DNA of 49,348 nucleotides from Flavobacteriales bacterium (lineage in GTDB: Bacteria; Bacteroidota; Bacteroidia; NORP154), in the NCBI GenBank assembly GCA_012965625.1, contig DTSC01000331.1, positions 6,621-55,968 on the forward strand. Direction: 5' to 3'. The notes beneath the pieces are model-generated. The model saw only the letters and a program-made list of their open reading frames with translations. It did no database searches and was not told the DNA's origin. The translations under genes and the position numbers were made by a program. Positions 18,431 through 28,140 of this stretch are shown here, piece by piece; within the stretch, counting starts at the first letter, position 1; the number at the start of each line of letters is the position of its first letter.

Positions 18431-20128
18431 TTATTGCCCTATGGTTTTTTGGATCTTTAATTCTCCAGCAGTTTTAAATTGAAGAAGAAACACTCCTTGC
18501 ACAATTCCAGTATTTTTTGCATCAACAGTATAAGTGTAATCTCCCACTTTTTGATTCTCATTTATTAGGGTTGCAATAGTTTTCCCTGTTAAATCAAGTA
18601 TTTCAATGCTAACTTCCTCAGGGGTGTTTAAATGATATTCTATTGTAAACCAATCAATAATAGGGTTTGGATAAATAGACAGATTGTTGAAAACAGATTC
18701 GTCTTCTTCAGGTATTGGGAAAGGATCTGTCGGAATGCCTGTGACTCCCAGGTCTTTTATAATGGTAAATTCATCCCAGGCGGTGCCTGACGTGTCAATA
18801 AAAAATGCATCAAGCTGATTGTCGTTGACCTCTATCAATAATGAACCAAGCCGGTAATCGTCAAAAATCATGAGCTCATGATTTAGAGGACCGTCACTAG
18901 TATAACTTCCTGTCTTAGCAGAACAGCCTACAACACAAAATACGCCGCCCTTATTGGCAAATGGACCGGATGTCATTTTTTGATAGGGTGCTCCATCTGA
19001 TAATCTTCCGGTGCCACCATCCAAAATTGTAGAGTCTGGGGGATAGGGCCCACCTGTACCGTAGTTGCCATAAGTAAGGTATGAACGCTCATAATCATGG
19101 CTATGGCCAGCAAGTATCAAGTCAACACCGTGATTTTCAAGAATTGGAACGAATTGATCCCTCATCGCCCGCATGATAATGCCATCTACAATCTTAATAG
19201 GGTCCGATCCAGAGTAAGCTTCACTGTGCGTTCCATCTGCATAGGGTGTAGCATGAAAATAGGCGATAACCCAATCGGTGTTGGTATTGCTTGCCAGGTC
19301 ATTTTCAAGCCATGTTACCATGGCTGGGCTGTGTGTAATTGTTATGTTTGGATAGAGTAGGAGGTCCATCGGAGTATAATTTTCTGAGTTGAGACATACA
19401 AAATGCACATTGCCGTAATCGAAGGAGTAAAACCCTTCATCACCACTTGCAGTGCCGCCAGCTTCGCCTGCAGTTGGCAGGGTGAATATGTCCAAATAAT
19501 CCTGATTGTCTGATACAAAAGGGTGGGTTGAACCATAGTCGTGGTTCCCAAGAGCTGGCCAGGCTACAGTACGAGGTAATATAGTTGGGTACATGTCAAA
19601 TACCCCAGTCTGATATTCCGCATCAGTCCCATCATCGTAAGCATTATCGCCAAGCCATACCCAAACATCGGTATGGTCATTATTGGTGTAGTTTAAATAG
19701 GCATCTCTCACAGCTGCCTGGTTGGTATTTCCTTCTCCCATATCCCCAACAGCCCAAATTCTTATTGGATCTATTGACCCTACTACTGGTGAAGTTTGAA
19801 AATATTGGCCACTATCTGGTCCTGACAAGAGGTCAGTAGAGCTTCCAATGGCATAAAAATAGCGGGTGCCGGTTTGAAGTCCTGTTATGTTTAATTCATG
19901 TTCTGTAGTCGCGCTTGCATCAATCACTGAAACCATAGTAGCGATATCCAATTGCGTTCCATACCAAACTTTTGTATCAGAACTAATGTCTGTCCTCCAC
20001 CGTACAACAACACTTGAACTTGTGCCGAGATTAAGGTAAGGGCCTCTTGTAATAATCGGAGTTTGGGCAGCAACGTCATATATGGTCATTGATGCAAGTA
20101 GCGTTATTGTCAAGGCTGTATTTCTCAT
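18431..20128 (-). CDS. Purple-acid-phosphatase-like metallophosphoesterase with T9SS type-A C-terminal sorting domain
   Basis: PAP N-terminal FN3-like segment (TRGPYLNLGTSSSVVVRWRT). Calcineurin-like motifs GDMG, GDNAY, GNHD and AGHSHDYER. CTD LSIYPNPIIDWFTIEY...KIQKTIGQ. The start is placed at ATG 20128 (MRNTALTITLLASMTIYDVAAQ). Confidence 0.8.
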   Translation of the reverse strand: MRNTALTITLLASMTIYDVAAQTPIITRGPYLNLGTSSSVVVRWRTDISSDTKVWYGTQLDIATMVSVIDASATTEHELNITGLQTGTRYFYAIGSSTDLLSGPDSGQYFQTSPVVGSIDPIRIWAVGDMGEGNTNQAAVRDAYLNYTNNDHTDVWVWLGDNAYDDGTDAEYQTGVFDMYPTILPRTVAWPALGNHDYGSTHPFVSDNQDYLDIFTLPTAGEAGGTASGDEGFYSFDYGNVHFVCLNSENYTPMDLLLYPNITITHSPAMVTWLENDLASNTNTDWVIAYFHATPYADGTHSEAYSGSDPIKIVDGIIMRAMRDQFVPILENHGVDLILAGHSHDYERSYLTYGNYGTGGPYPPDSTILDGGTGRLSDGAPYQKMTSGPFANKGGVFCVVGCSAKTGSYTSDGPLNHELMIFDDYRLGSLLIEVNDNQLDAFFIDTSGTAWDEFTIIKDLGVTGIPTDPFPIPEEDESVFNNLSIYPNPIIDWFTIEYHLNTPEEVSIEILDLTGKTIATLINENQKVGDYTYTVDAKNTGIVQGVFLLQFKTAGELKIQKTIGQ

Positions 20129-20248
20129 TCTGTATCTAATTAGCTGGGGATAAAGGTACAAAAAAACGACAAACATAACCAGACGGTAACAGGACATATG
20201 GGACAAAAATTATATTGCTTAATTTCGACGCTTATATGCTTTCTTTAG

Positions 20249-21289
20249 ATGGAAAAACGAAATAAAATCATTGTATTCTGGCTGATGACGGGTGCTCTTC
20301 TCGTTTTTGGAATGGTAATGATAGGAGGTATTACCAGGCTTACTCATTCCGGACTTTCCATTGTTGAATGGAAACTGATTATGGGCGCTATACCACCGAT
20401 GAATGAGCTGGAATGGAAGCAAACTTTTGAGAAATACCAGGACTTTCCAGAGTATAAACTGATAAATAAAGACTTTGCTCTTGAAGAGTTTAAATCCATT
20501 TTTTGGTGGGAGTATATTCACAGGCTTTTGGGAAGATTGATTGGGCTAATATTCTTGTTGCCCTTTTTGTTTTTTCTGATAAAAAAATGGCTTGATCCTC
20601 CTTTGGTTAAAAAGTTGTCAATTATGTTTCTTCTTGGAGGGTTTCAAGGGTTTCTGGGATGGTATATGGTGAAAAGTGGCTTGGCAGACAATCCTTATGT
20701 GAGCCATTACAGGCTAGCCATTCACTTAATTACAGCAACTATTTTATTTGGCTATATCCTTTGGGTAGCTCTGGCTATTTGGGAAAAGGATGAGATTCCT
20801 GGAATAGATGTTCCGGCACCCATAAGAAGACTTTCTATGGGATTATTGGCCTTTGTTTTATTACAGATTATCTATGGTGGCTTTGTTGCAGGGCTTAAAG
20901 CTGGCTTGGTATATAATACCTTTCCGAAAATGGGAGAGGAATGGTTTCCTTCTGCTATAACAACATTAGAGCCATTGTTAGATAATTTTATTATAGGCCT
21001 CGCAGGGGTTCAATTTCTTCATCGGTATTTTGCATATATGGTTGCAATCCTTGTTCTCTGGATCTGGATGCTTGTACGAAAACATAAGCTTAACAGGGTT
21101 TATATGAAAGCCTTTAATGCAGTATTTCTGGTGCTGATCATTCAGTTTACCTTAGGCGTGTTGACTTTGATCAATTCTGTGCCAATTTCTTTGGCGGTTA
21201 TGCACCAAGCTATGGCGATGATTCTGGTTGCAACGATCGTTTATTGGTTGTCGCTCCTTTATCCTAATAAATCACAATCTTTTTTATAA
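20249..21289 (+). CDS. ctaA: Heme A synthase (COX15/CtaA family)
   Basis: The predicted protein has multiple TM helices. GGITRLTHSGLSIVEW, EFKSIFWWEYIHRLLGR and VQFLHRYFAY carry the conserved His motifs of COX15/CtaA. Confidence 0.85.
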   Translation: MEKRNKIIVFWLMTGALLVFGMVMIGGITRLTHSGLSIVEWKLIMGAIPPMNELEWKQTFEKYQDFPEYKLINKDFALEEFKSIFWWEYIHRLLGRLIGLIFLLPFLFFLIKKWLDPPLVKKLSIMFLLGGFQGFLGWYMVKSGLADNPYVSHYRLAIHLITATILFGYILWVALAIWEKDEIPGIDVPAPIRRLSMGLLAFVLLQIIYGGFVAGLKAGLVYNTFPKMGEEWFPSAITTLEPLLDNFIIGLAGVQFLHRYFAYMVAILVLWIWMLVRKHKLNRVYMKAFNAVFLVLIIQFTLGVLTLINSVPISLAVMHQAMAMILVATIVYWLSLLYPNKSQSFL

Positions 21290-24200
21290 TAATTTGAGGC
21301 TGCTGATTTAATGTCTCAAGCCGGAGGTATAAAATGCCAGGTCCGAATTTGCTTAGGTTTAGATTAATCGTTTCTTGTGGGGTTGTATTTTCCATAAAAA
21401 AGACACTTTGGCCAAGCAGATTTCTTACTTCAACCTTGAATTTATGAAGGTTGCTTTTCAGATCAATTGTAAATGTCCCATTATTTGGATTTGGATAAAC
21501 CGAAACATTCTCTATAGAGGATACTTGAGCCACGGTAACATAATCGTTGACTATATACGTTTCAGCATGGATGCACCCAAGTGAATCGGTAATTGTAACC
21601 GTATAATTTCCAGCTACCAGGCCACCCAGGTCTTCTGTACTAGCTCCATTGTCCCAAGAATAGGTAATGGGGTTCGCACCTCCTGTTACCGTTATATTTA
21701 TTGCTCCAACTCCTGTTGAGCCTGTATCGTCCGTTATGGAAACACTTGATAATATTTGTTCACTTTGGTATAATGTTGTTGAAGTAATCACGTCACATCC
21801 ATTATTGTCTGAAACGGTTACAGAGTAAGTTCCTGCACCTATATTGTTTAAGTCTTCGGTTGTATCACCAGAGGTCCAATTAAAAGTGTAAGGCAATACT
21901 CCACCTGAAAGGGTTAGGTCAATGGCCCCATCCAAATTTCCATAACAAGCTATATCAGAGGTCAAAACACTTAGCGATGGAGCACCGACATTAATTATTT
22001 CTACAGAATCCATAAGTGTATATCCCAATTTATCACTAATAGTTACATGATACCATCCGATAGAAAGCCCTGTGGCACTATCAGTTGTTTGTGTGCTAGG
22101 GTCGTTCCACACATAGGTATAAGGCAATACACCACCAGTTACATTGGAAACTGCTATGCCATCAGAGCCAGAACAGGATGCATTAACTCCTGATATGCTT
22201 ATCGCCATGTCATTATTAATAGCTTTTAATTCCAGATCATCAAAATAAAAACCATCTTCTTGGGTCCAATTATCACTTTTTAGGCTAAATTGGATTAAGA
22301 TGCTTTGGCCGGCATAGTCGTTTAGGTCTAATGTTTCATATACCCAGTTAGATTGAAATCCATCATATACCGGATTACCTGGATCTTGGTATCCACTGCC
22401 GGGCTTTGTATAATTTCCGCATAGTGGACTCCAGGAGGAGCCTCCATCACTTGAAGCAGATACCTGGGTGTAATCATAGCCAGGCTCAATTTCCCATCTC
22501 CCATAAAATGATAGATGGGCTTTCATTACAGATGTTAGGTCCAATGGGTTGCTAAGAGTAATAATCGCAGTAGTATTATTTGAGTAATCTCCCGAAGGGG
22601 AGTCGGTTATTGATCCTGAGGGTGAATAAAAAACAGTATTGCTAACACCCCAGGGGCTTGTGTTCCAATTATTAATGTTGTCACCATTATCAACAAAGAG
22701 GCTATTAAGCTGTCCATATACTTTAGTAATCGTATCTGAATTGACAAACAGTCCATTGTCAACATTTATTAAAAAGCGAAATTCCTGACCTAAAGAAATT
22801 GCTGGATCAAGTTCGTAATAGAGAGAATCGGTTAGTTTCTCCAAAATTGATAAAGAGTTAAAAACTTTTGGAGTTCCAATCATCGTAATCAACGTATCCA
22901 ATGGAGTAATGGTAACAGTAAATGTGGAGGGGCTATCAAGGCCCAGACGTTGAATAGAAAATGGGAAATAACCCACTTTTGAAGTGATATAATTAGGAGA
23001 AAGCTCTTCCGCCATCCCAAATTTGCCTGCTAAACGTGCCATACTTAAATTTTGCCATATATTTTCCTTGCCTTGGGGGATAATTCTAGTTGAGGGTGGC
23101 CAAAAACCATCTGAAGCAGTTCCTACTTCAGGTGTGCAGGCGAATATTTTTCCCTTGGAAATTTGTTCTCCATACATCCAATCATCCGAATCTCCGTTTA
23201 CGATATATCCCACGGTCTGGTCTCCTGTGCCGAAGGTGTAATTATTATATCTGATCATTATCTTTGCATATTCTACGAAAAGGGCAGAGTCTGGGGTGAA
23301 TAATGAATAGTCATAGCCCCAGGGATAGATAAATAAGTTGCCATAAGTATGATAGTTTAATGTAATTCTGATATTATGTTCTTCAGTAAAGAACTTGACT
23401 GCTTGTGTTTCTATCTCTGAAAATGCTGATGTTCCCCTATAGGTATTGGAGTTTGTGTTTGGTGAAGATCCATTGTCATCATATCCCCAGTTATATCCAT
23501 AATTTCTGTTCAGGTCAATACCAAAAGTTCCATCGCCATTATCTCTTCTGTTTTTCCTCCACATGCCTCCTCCGTTAGGGTCTTGTGTTTCATTATAAAC
23601 ATAGCCATCAGGATTCACCATAGGGATAAAATATAGTTCAGTATTGTTGATTAGATTAGCTATTGAGGAATCACTTGCATAATTTTCGAGAAGGTAATAC
23701 ATATAGAATATAAGCTGAGATAGGCTTCCAGGCTCTCTTGCATGATGCAATGCTGTATATAAAACTTCCGGCTCATTCTCGTCAATATCAGGATTGTCAG
23801 ATATTTTCAACCAATATATAGGCCTTCCTTCTACTGTGCTAAAGGTGTCAATAGGTTGCCTTGTTGTTATTAAGGTAGGGTATAATAAGGCCATTGTATC
23901 TACATGAGCTAAAAACTCTGCATAGGTAAAGAACCCGCCCATAGAACCTAAAGAAAATCCATTTGGAACAGCATAATCAGGGGCCGAGTTCCCACAACTT
24001 ACAGAGGCCATCAATTGTTCATTTGCGGATAGCTTTTTTGTTTCGTTGTTTCTGGAACGATAATATTCACGGACGTCTTCAATTACAATAGTGTGCTTTA
24101 TTTTATGTTGTATGAGTATTCCAATCTCATCTTTGCTTAAATCAGTAATTAGGTATTGCATAGGCTTGAGCTCTCCATGATCTACAGGAATTCCAAGCGA

Positions 24201-24329
24201 TGAGATTTTTAATATCCCATTTTCAGAGAGATCAATTTTTACTTTGGAGTAATCTTGATTCTGGGAGAAACTATTGTTAATTGAAAGTAGTATAAGAACA
24301 ATTGAAATGATCAGTTTTTTAATATACAT
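21264..24329 (-). CDS. M14-family zinc carboxypeptidase with a beta-sandwich insert, SprB repeats and a T9SS type-A C-terminal sorting domain
   Basis: Signal peptide. M14 motifs: YTALHHAREPGS (HxxE), NPDGY, WRKNRR, GIDLNRNYGYNW and NYHTYGN. SprB-type repeats (e.g. CSGSDGIAVSNVTGGVLPYTYVWNDPS, CYGNLDGAIDLTLSGGVLPYTFNWTSG, GVGAINITVTGGANPITYSWDNGA). CTD VSVYPNPNNGTFTIDL...KKIVIY. Confidence 0.85.
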   Translation of the reverse strand: MYIKKLIISIVLILLSINNSFSQNQDYSKVKIDLSENGILKISSLGIPVDHGELKPMQYLITDLSKDEIGILIQHKIKHTIVIEDVREYYRSRNNETKKLSANEQLMASVSCGNSAPDYAVPNGFSLGSMGGFFTYAEFLAHVDTMALLYPTLITTRQPIDTFSTVEGRPIYWLKISDNPDIDENEPEVLYTALHHAREPGSLSQLIFYMYYLLENYASDSSIANLINNTELYFIPMVNPDGYVYNETQDPNGGGMWRKNRRDNGDGTFGIDLNRNYGYNWGYDDNGSSPNTNSNTYRGTSAFSEIETQAVKFFTEEHNIRITLNYHTYGNLFIYPWGYDYSLFTPDSALFVEYAKIMIRYNNYTFGTGDQTVGYIVNGDSDDWMYGEQISKGKIFACTPEVGTASDGFWPPSTRIIPQGKENIWQNLSMARLAGKFGMAEELSPNYITSKVGYFPFSIQRLGLDSPSTFTVTITPLDTLITMIGTPKVFNSLSILEKLTDSLYYELDPAISLGQEFRFLINVDNGLFVNSDTITKVYGQLNSLFVDNGDNINNWNTSPWGVSNTVFYSPSGSITDSPSGDYSNNTTAIITLSNPLDLTSVMKAHLSFYGRWEIEPGYDYTQVSASSDGGSSWSPLCGNYTKPGSGYQDPGNPVYDGFQSNWVYETLDLNDYAGQSILIQFSLKSDNWTQEDGFYFDDLELKAINNDMAISISGVNASCSGSDGIAVSNVTGGVLPYTYVWNDPSTQTTDSATGLSIGWYHVTISDKLGYTLMDSVEIINVGAPSLSVLTSDIACYGNLDGAIDLTLSGGVLPYTFNWTSGDTTEDLNNIGAGTYSVTVSDNNGCDVITSTTLYQSEQILSSVSITDDTGSTGVGAINITVTGGANPITYSWDNGASTEDLGGLVAGNYTVTITDSLGCIHAETYIVNDYVTVAQVSSIENVSVYPNPNNGTFTIDLKSNLHKFKVEVRNLLGQSVFFMENTTPQETINLNLSKFGPGILYLRLETLNQQPQIIIKKIVIY

Positions 24330-24395
24330 TGACCTGAGAATAAAATTTTAATCTTGCAATATCGGAAAATAAACACAAAAAGATTTATGAGACAG

Positions 24396-25031
24396 CTATT
24401 TTTCAGGTTCTTCAAACCATTTGAAGGTTTCTATAAGATGGTAAATATCAGATTTAACAAAAGAGATGACTGGTGCCAAGGAGTCATTTCTTGGAACTAC
24501 GTTAAAGTAAAGTGCCCCCCTGATAAAATGTTTTGTGCTATCCGTAAGGAAAAACTGAATACTTGAAGCGGTATTCAAGCCATCAATTTGATAAATTATA
24601 CCATGAACCTGATCCTTTTTCCTTTCAATTTTTTCCTCATTGATTGAGTGTGCCTTGATGGTGTGCTTATAAGCAAGAGACCTTGAATCCTCTAAATATT
24701 TTTCTAGCTTATTGCTATTATTAGGTTGGAGGTTTTCAGTCATGTCAAAATAGCTCAGGTGCAAAGTCCCCTTAAACTTGGGGAATTCAATATTTATCCA
24801 GCAGGGCATACTATTGCTACCTTGATGCTTAATTGCCAGAGAATATTCTGGGTATTTAAATGTAAACGGACAATCAGAATGATAGTCCTGAAATTTTTTT
24901 TCAGGGAAGTTGATCCTGAAAAACCCATTCGGCCTTGGAGTAAAATCTTCTTCACATCCTTGAAAAATGAAGAATGCCAAGAACATCAAAGGCCAACAAG
25001 TTGTTTTTTTAAACCTCTTTTTTATCATCAA
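24396..25031 (-). CDS. gldD: Gliding motility lipoprotein GldD
   Basis: Lipoprotein signal (FFIFQGC). The blocks PRPNGFFRINFPEKKF, DCPFTFKYP, YKHTIKA, FFLTDSTKHFIRGALYF and IETFKW resemble F. johnsoniae GldD. It lies immediately downstream of a gldE-type gene. Confidence 0.8.
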   Translation of the reverse strand: MMIKKRFKKTTCWPLMFLAFFIFQGCEEDFTPRPNGFFRINFPEKKFQDYHSDCPFTFKYPEYSLAIKHQGSNSMPCWINIEFPKFKGTLHLSYFDMTENLQPNNSNKLEKYLEDSRSLAYKHTIKAHSINEEKIERKKDQVHGIIYQIDGLNTASSIQFFLTDSTKHFIRGALYFNVVPRNDSLAPVISFVKSDIYHLIETFKWFEEPEK

Positions 25032-26382
25032 TGATAGTCACTTTAACTCGTTTCACTTTTCTTTTATCAGCTGATTCCACAGTTAATAGATACTTTTCAA
25101 AAGTAATTTTTTCGTTTTTAACAGGAATTCTCCCTTCTAATTCAATAATAAAGCCAGCCAAAGAGTCAGACTCTCCTTTGGCTTTTTCAAAGGAACTTCC
25201 GTCAATATCTAAAATACGATAAAGGTCATTTAATGCCGTCTTTCCATCCATTACATAGTTGTTGGAATCCAATTTAGAATAGATTAATTCATCAACGTCA
25301 TATTCATCACTGATCTCACCTACGATTTCCTCTATTATGTCTTCCAAGGTCACGATTCCCGAAGTGCCACCATATTCATCCACTACAACAGCCAGATGAA
25401 TCTTTTTATCTTGAAATTCTTGCAGTAAGTCATCAATTTTTTTGTTTTCGGGAACAAAAAATGGCGGCCTTATCATGGGCTTCCATGGTACGTCAGGCTC
25501 ACTCACAACAATATTGGCTTTGCTTTTAAATTCTAAATGGGGTAATAAATCTTTAATGTATAGAATGCCTAGAATCTTGTCAAAAGTATCCTCATAAACT
25601 GGAATTCTTGAATATCCGCAATCCAGGATGATCTTAATTAAATCCTGAAAAGAAGTATTATGTTCAATGGCAGTGACATCAGTTCTCGGTTTCATTATTT
25701 GCTTTACATCCGTACTCCCAAATTTCACAATCCCTTTTAATATGTCTTCTTCTTCTAGTTCGTCTTCAGAGGTCAGGTCAAGGGCGTCCGCGAGCTCATC
25801 AACGGATATGTTGTGTTTCTTTTGTTTTATCTTATCATGTATAAACGAGGTTGATGAGATTAAAAGTAAGCTTATCGGACTCAATAGTTTTCCAAGAAAT
25901 GATATGGGATAGGATGTAACTTCAGCTAATCTTATAGGATTATGTGTGGCATAAACTTTAGGGATTATTTCTCCGAAAAGAAGAATTAAAAAAGTAACTA
26001 CTACAACCTGGATAAAAAAACTCAGTAGTGGATTTTCTGAAAAACTCAGGAGATTTACATTGATGTAAGTGGATATAATAACTATTGCAACATTGATAAA
26101 GTTGTTAGAAATCAAGATGGTTGCCAATAATTTCTTGGGATTTGCAAGTAATTTTAAAATCAACCTTGAATTACCGCTATCCTTTTCATTAAGCAGTTTT
26201 TTTTCAGAGGGGTCAATAGAGAAAAAAGCAACCTCCGAACCAGAGATAAAGGCAGAGCAAATCAGCAATACACCAATGGCCAGTAATGAACAGGCAATTT
26301 CCAAAGTTAAGCCTTGAAAGAAGCCAATCTCAGTAAACAAAAGAGAATGAATAATCCAATCTCCACTTTTTAGAACTTCCAA
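25009..26382 (-). CDS. gldE: Gliding motility-associated protein GldE (DUF21 - CBS pair - CorC/HlyC)
   Basis: N-terminal DUF21 TM region, a CBS pair (IMKPRTDV..., GYSRIPVY) and CorC_HlyC (LAVVVDEYGGTSGIVTLEDIIEEIVGEI). It has the gldE-gldD adjacency, which I recall being described for Flavobacterium johnsoniae. TTG start. Confidence 0.8.
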   Translation of the reverse strand: MEVLKSGDWIIHSLLFTEIGFFQGLTLEIACSLLAIGVLLICSAFISGSEVAFFSIDPSEKKLLNEKDSGNSRLILKLLANPKKLLATILISNNFINVAIVIISTYINVNLLSFSENPLLSFFIQVVVVTFLILLFGEIIPKVYATHNPIRLAEVTSYPISFLGKLLSPISLLLISSTSFIHDKIKQKKHNISVDELADALDLTSEDELEEEDILKGIVKFGSTDVKQIMKPRTDVTAIEHNTSFQDLIKIILDCGYSRIPVYEDTFDKILGILYIKDLLPHLEFKSKANIVVSEPDVPWKPMIRPPFFVPENKKIDDLLQEFQDKKIHLAVVVDEYGGTSGIVTLEDIIEEIVGEISDEYDVDELIYSKLDSNNYVMDGKTALNDLYRILDIDGSSFEKAKGESDSLAGFIIELEGRIPVKNEKITFEKYLLTVESADKRKVKRVKVTIIDDKKEV

Positions 26383-26461
26383 ATTGTTGAGTTGTATTAA
26401 TATGAATTGCTGTTTAAAGCGAATTGACCAACTTTCATTTTAATTGTAAAGGCAGGTTTTC

Positions 26462-26899
26462 TTAAAATGGAAGATCATTAACAGGGTTCTCTGGAGGGTT
26501 TTCAGAAGGATTTTCAGAAGGATTTTCATCTATAATTGTGGTGTCATTTGATGCTTGTGAATTATCCTTTCTTTCAGTAAGCATAGTCATATTATCAGCA
26601 ATTACATCCGTTGTGTATCGCTTGTTGCCATCTTTGTCATCCCATGATCTTGTCCTTAATCGCCCTTCAATATATACTCGGTCACCTTTTTGTAAATATT
26701 TTTCTGATATTTCTGCAAGCCCTCTCCATAAAACTACATTATGCCATTCAGTATGTTCCTTTTTCTCGCCATTTCTGTCTTTCCATGTTTCGTTTGTGGC
26801 TACAGGGAATTTAGCAACGGGCACTTTGCTCTCAAGATATTTTACTTCCGGATCTTTTCCTAAGTTTCCTATTAGAATTACTTTGTTAACACCTGCCAT
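26462..26899 (-). CDS. ssb: Single-stranded DNA-binding protein
   Basis: MAGVNKVILIGNLGKDPE..TEWHNVVLWRGLAEI..YIEGRLRTRSW OB-fold, with an acidic tip ..DLPF at the C-terminus. Confidence 0.95.
   Translation of the reverse strand: MAGVNKVILIGNLGKDPEVKYLESKVPVAKFPVATNETWKDRNGEKKEHTEWHNVVLWRGLAEISEKYLQKGDRVYIEGRLRTRSWDDKDGNKRYTTDVIADNMTMLTERKDNSQASNDTTIIDENPSENPSENPPENPVNDLPF
26493..26528 (-). repeat. 3 x 12-nt in-frame tandem repeat encoding (E/P)NPS units of the SSB linker
   Basis: Plus strand reads ggagggttttca / gaaggattttca / gaaggattttca. It translates on the minus strand as ENPSENPSENPPENP. Confidence 0.8.
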
Positions 26900-26932
26900 G
26901 ATATAAGTTTTTAAAAAGGTTATAAATCACAA

Positions 26933-26940
26933 CAAATTTA
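26933..26940 (-). promoter_or_regulatory. -7 box candidate TAAATTTG for ssb
   Basis: The reverse complement of caaattta is an exact TAnnTTTG match. It is about 34 nt upstream of the ssb ATG. Confidence 0.35.
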
Positions 26941-27002
26941 ACGAATTTGATTAAATACAGAAAGGGAATAATTTATTAAATTAAAATTATATCCACTTAA
27001 TT

Positions 27003-28061
27003 TTATTTGAGGCAATTATTTACAGATATGTTATCAATATAAGTTTCAATCAACTTTGACATGGGATAATTTTTTATCTCTGACTGTTTTATCTTCCTTA
27101 ATTCCTTGATTTTTACAGGACCCTTGGATTTAATTACCCAAAAACGAGCAAAAATTGTTTGATGGGTTAGCTTATGACAGTAAACCTTTGAAGCATTTTT
27201 TAGAACGATTCCTTTGGAAAATAGGCGCATCCATTCTTTTGTAGACATAATTTCCTTTCTGTTTAAAACCTTGTCTGATTCAATTAGCAAGGGTTCATAT
27301 AGATTTTGCCAAATATCTTTTTTCGTCCGTTTTTGAAGGAAAAAGCTGTTATTGTCATTGATCATCATGTAATTAAAATAACGAATTCTAATTGAAACCT
27401 TTTTGCTCCTTTTGGGTAGCTGATTGATCACATTCTTGTTATAAGCATGGCATTGGGCTTTGAAAATACATTTATTGCAATTTGGAATACCTGGGACGCA
27501 TTGCAGTGCTCCAAATTCCATCATAGCTTGATTAAATAGTCCTGGCTGTTTTACATTAATAAGAATACTCAGTTTGTCTGAAAAAATCTTTTTGCCAGCT
27601 GGGGAATCGATATCATCATAAATTCCAAAAACTCTTGAAATTACTCGGTATACATTTCCGTCAAGTACCGGATAAGGCTTTCCATAACAAAAGGATGAAA
27701 TAGCTGCAGCAGTATAAGTGCCAACTCCTTTTAATTTAAGGATATCATGATAGTCTGTTGGAAAGTGGCCATTTCTTTTTGTTGTAATTTGTTTCGCAGT
27801 AGTATGTAGGTTTCTTGCCCTTGAGTAGTATCCTAATCCTTGCCATAATTTCAATACCTGGTTTTCCTCTGCAATTGCCAGTTTTTGGATAGTTGGAAAG
27901 GCCTTTAAAAAATTATGGTAATAAGGAAGTCCTTGATCCACCCTTGTTTGCTGAAGAATGACCTCAGAAATCCAAATTTTATAAGGGTCTTTAGTTTCAC
28001 GCCATGGTAACTTTCTCAAATTTTTTTGATACCATGGAATTATCTGATTTGAAAACCACAT
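27003..28061 (-). CDS. mutY: A/G-specific adenine DNA glycosylase MutY
   Basis: WYQKNLRKLPWRETKDPYKIWISEVILQQTRV, HhH-GPD (LKGVGTYTAAAI), a 4Fe-4S Cys cluster (C..C..C..C: CVPGIPNCNKCIFKAQC) and a NUDIX-like C-terminal domain. Confidence 0.9.
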   Translation of the reverse strand: MWFSNQIIPWYQKNLRKLPWRETKDPYKIWISEVILQQTRVDQGLPYYHNFLKAFPTIQKLAIAEENQVLKLWQGLGYYSRARNLHTTAKQITTKRNGHFPTDYHDILKLKGVGTYTAAAISSFCYGKPYPVLDGNVYRVISRVFGIYDDIDSPAGKKIFSDKLSILINVKQPGLFNQAMMEFGALQCVPGIPNCNKCIFKAQCHAYNKNVINQLPKRSKKVSIRIRYFNYMMINDNNSFFLQKRTKKDIWQNLYEPLLIESDKVLNRKEIMSTKEWMRLFSKGIVLKNASKVYCHKLTHQTIFARFWVIKSKGPVKIKELRKIKQSEIKNYPMSKLIETYIDNISVNNCLK

Positions 28062-28097
28062 TCTCTATCCTTTACTATTAGGTTTAATATTATAATG

Positions 28098-28105
28098 TAT
28101 ATTTG
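28098..28105 (+). promoter_or_regulatory. -7 box candidate TATATTTG for the HU gene
   Basis: Exact TAnnTTTG match 35 nt upstream of the HU ATG, in the mutY/HU divergent spacer. Confidence 0.35.
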
Positions 28106-28140
28106 CACGCATTAAAATTACTTATTTAAACACAGAACGA

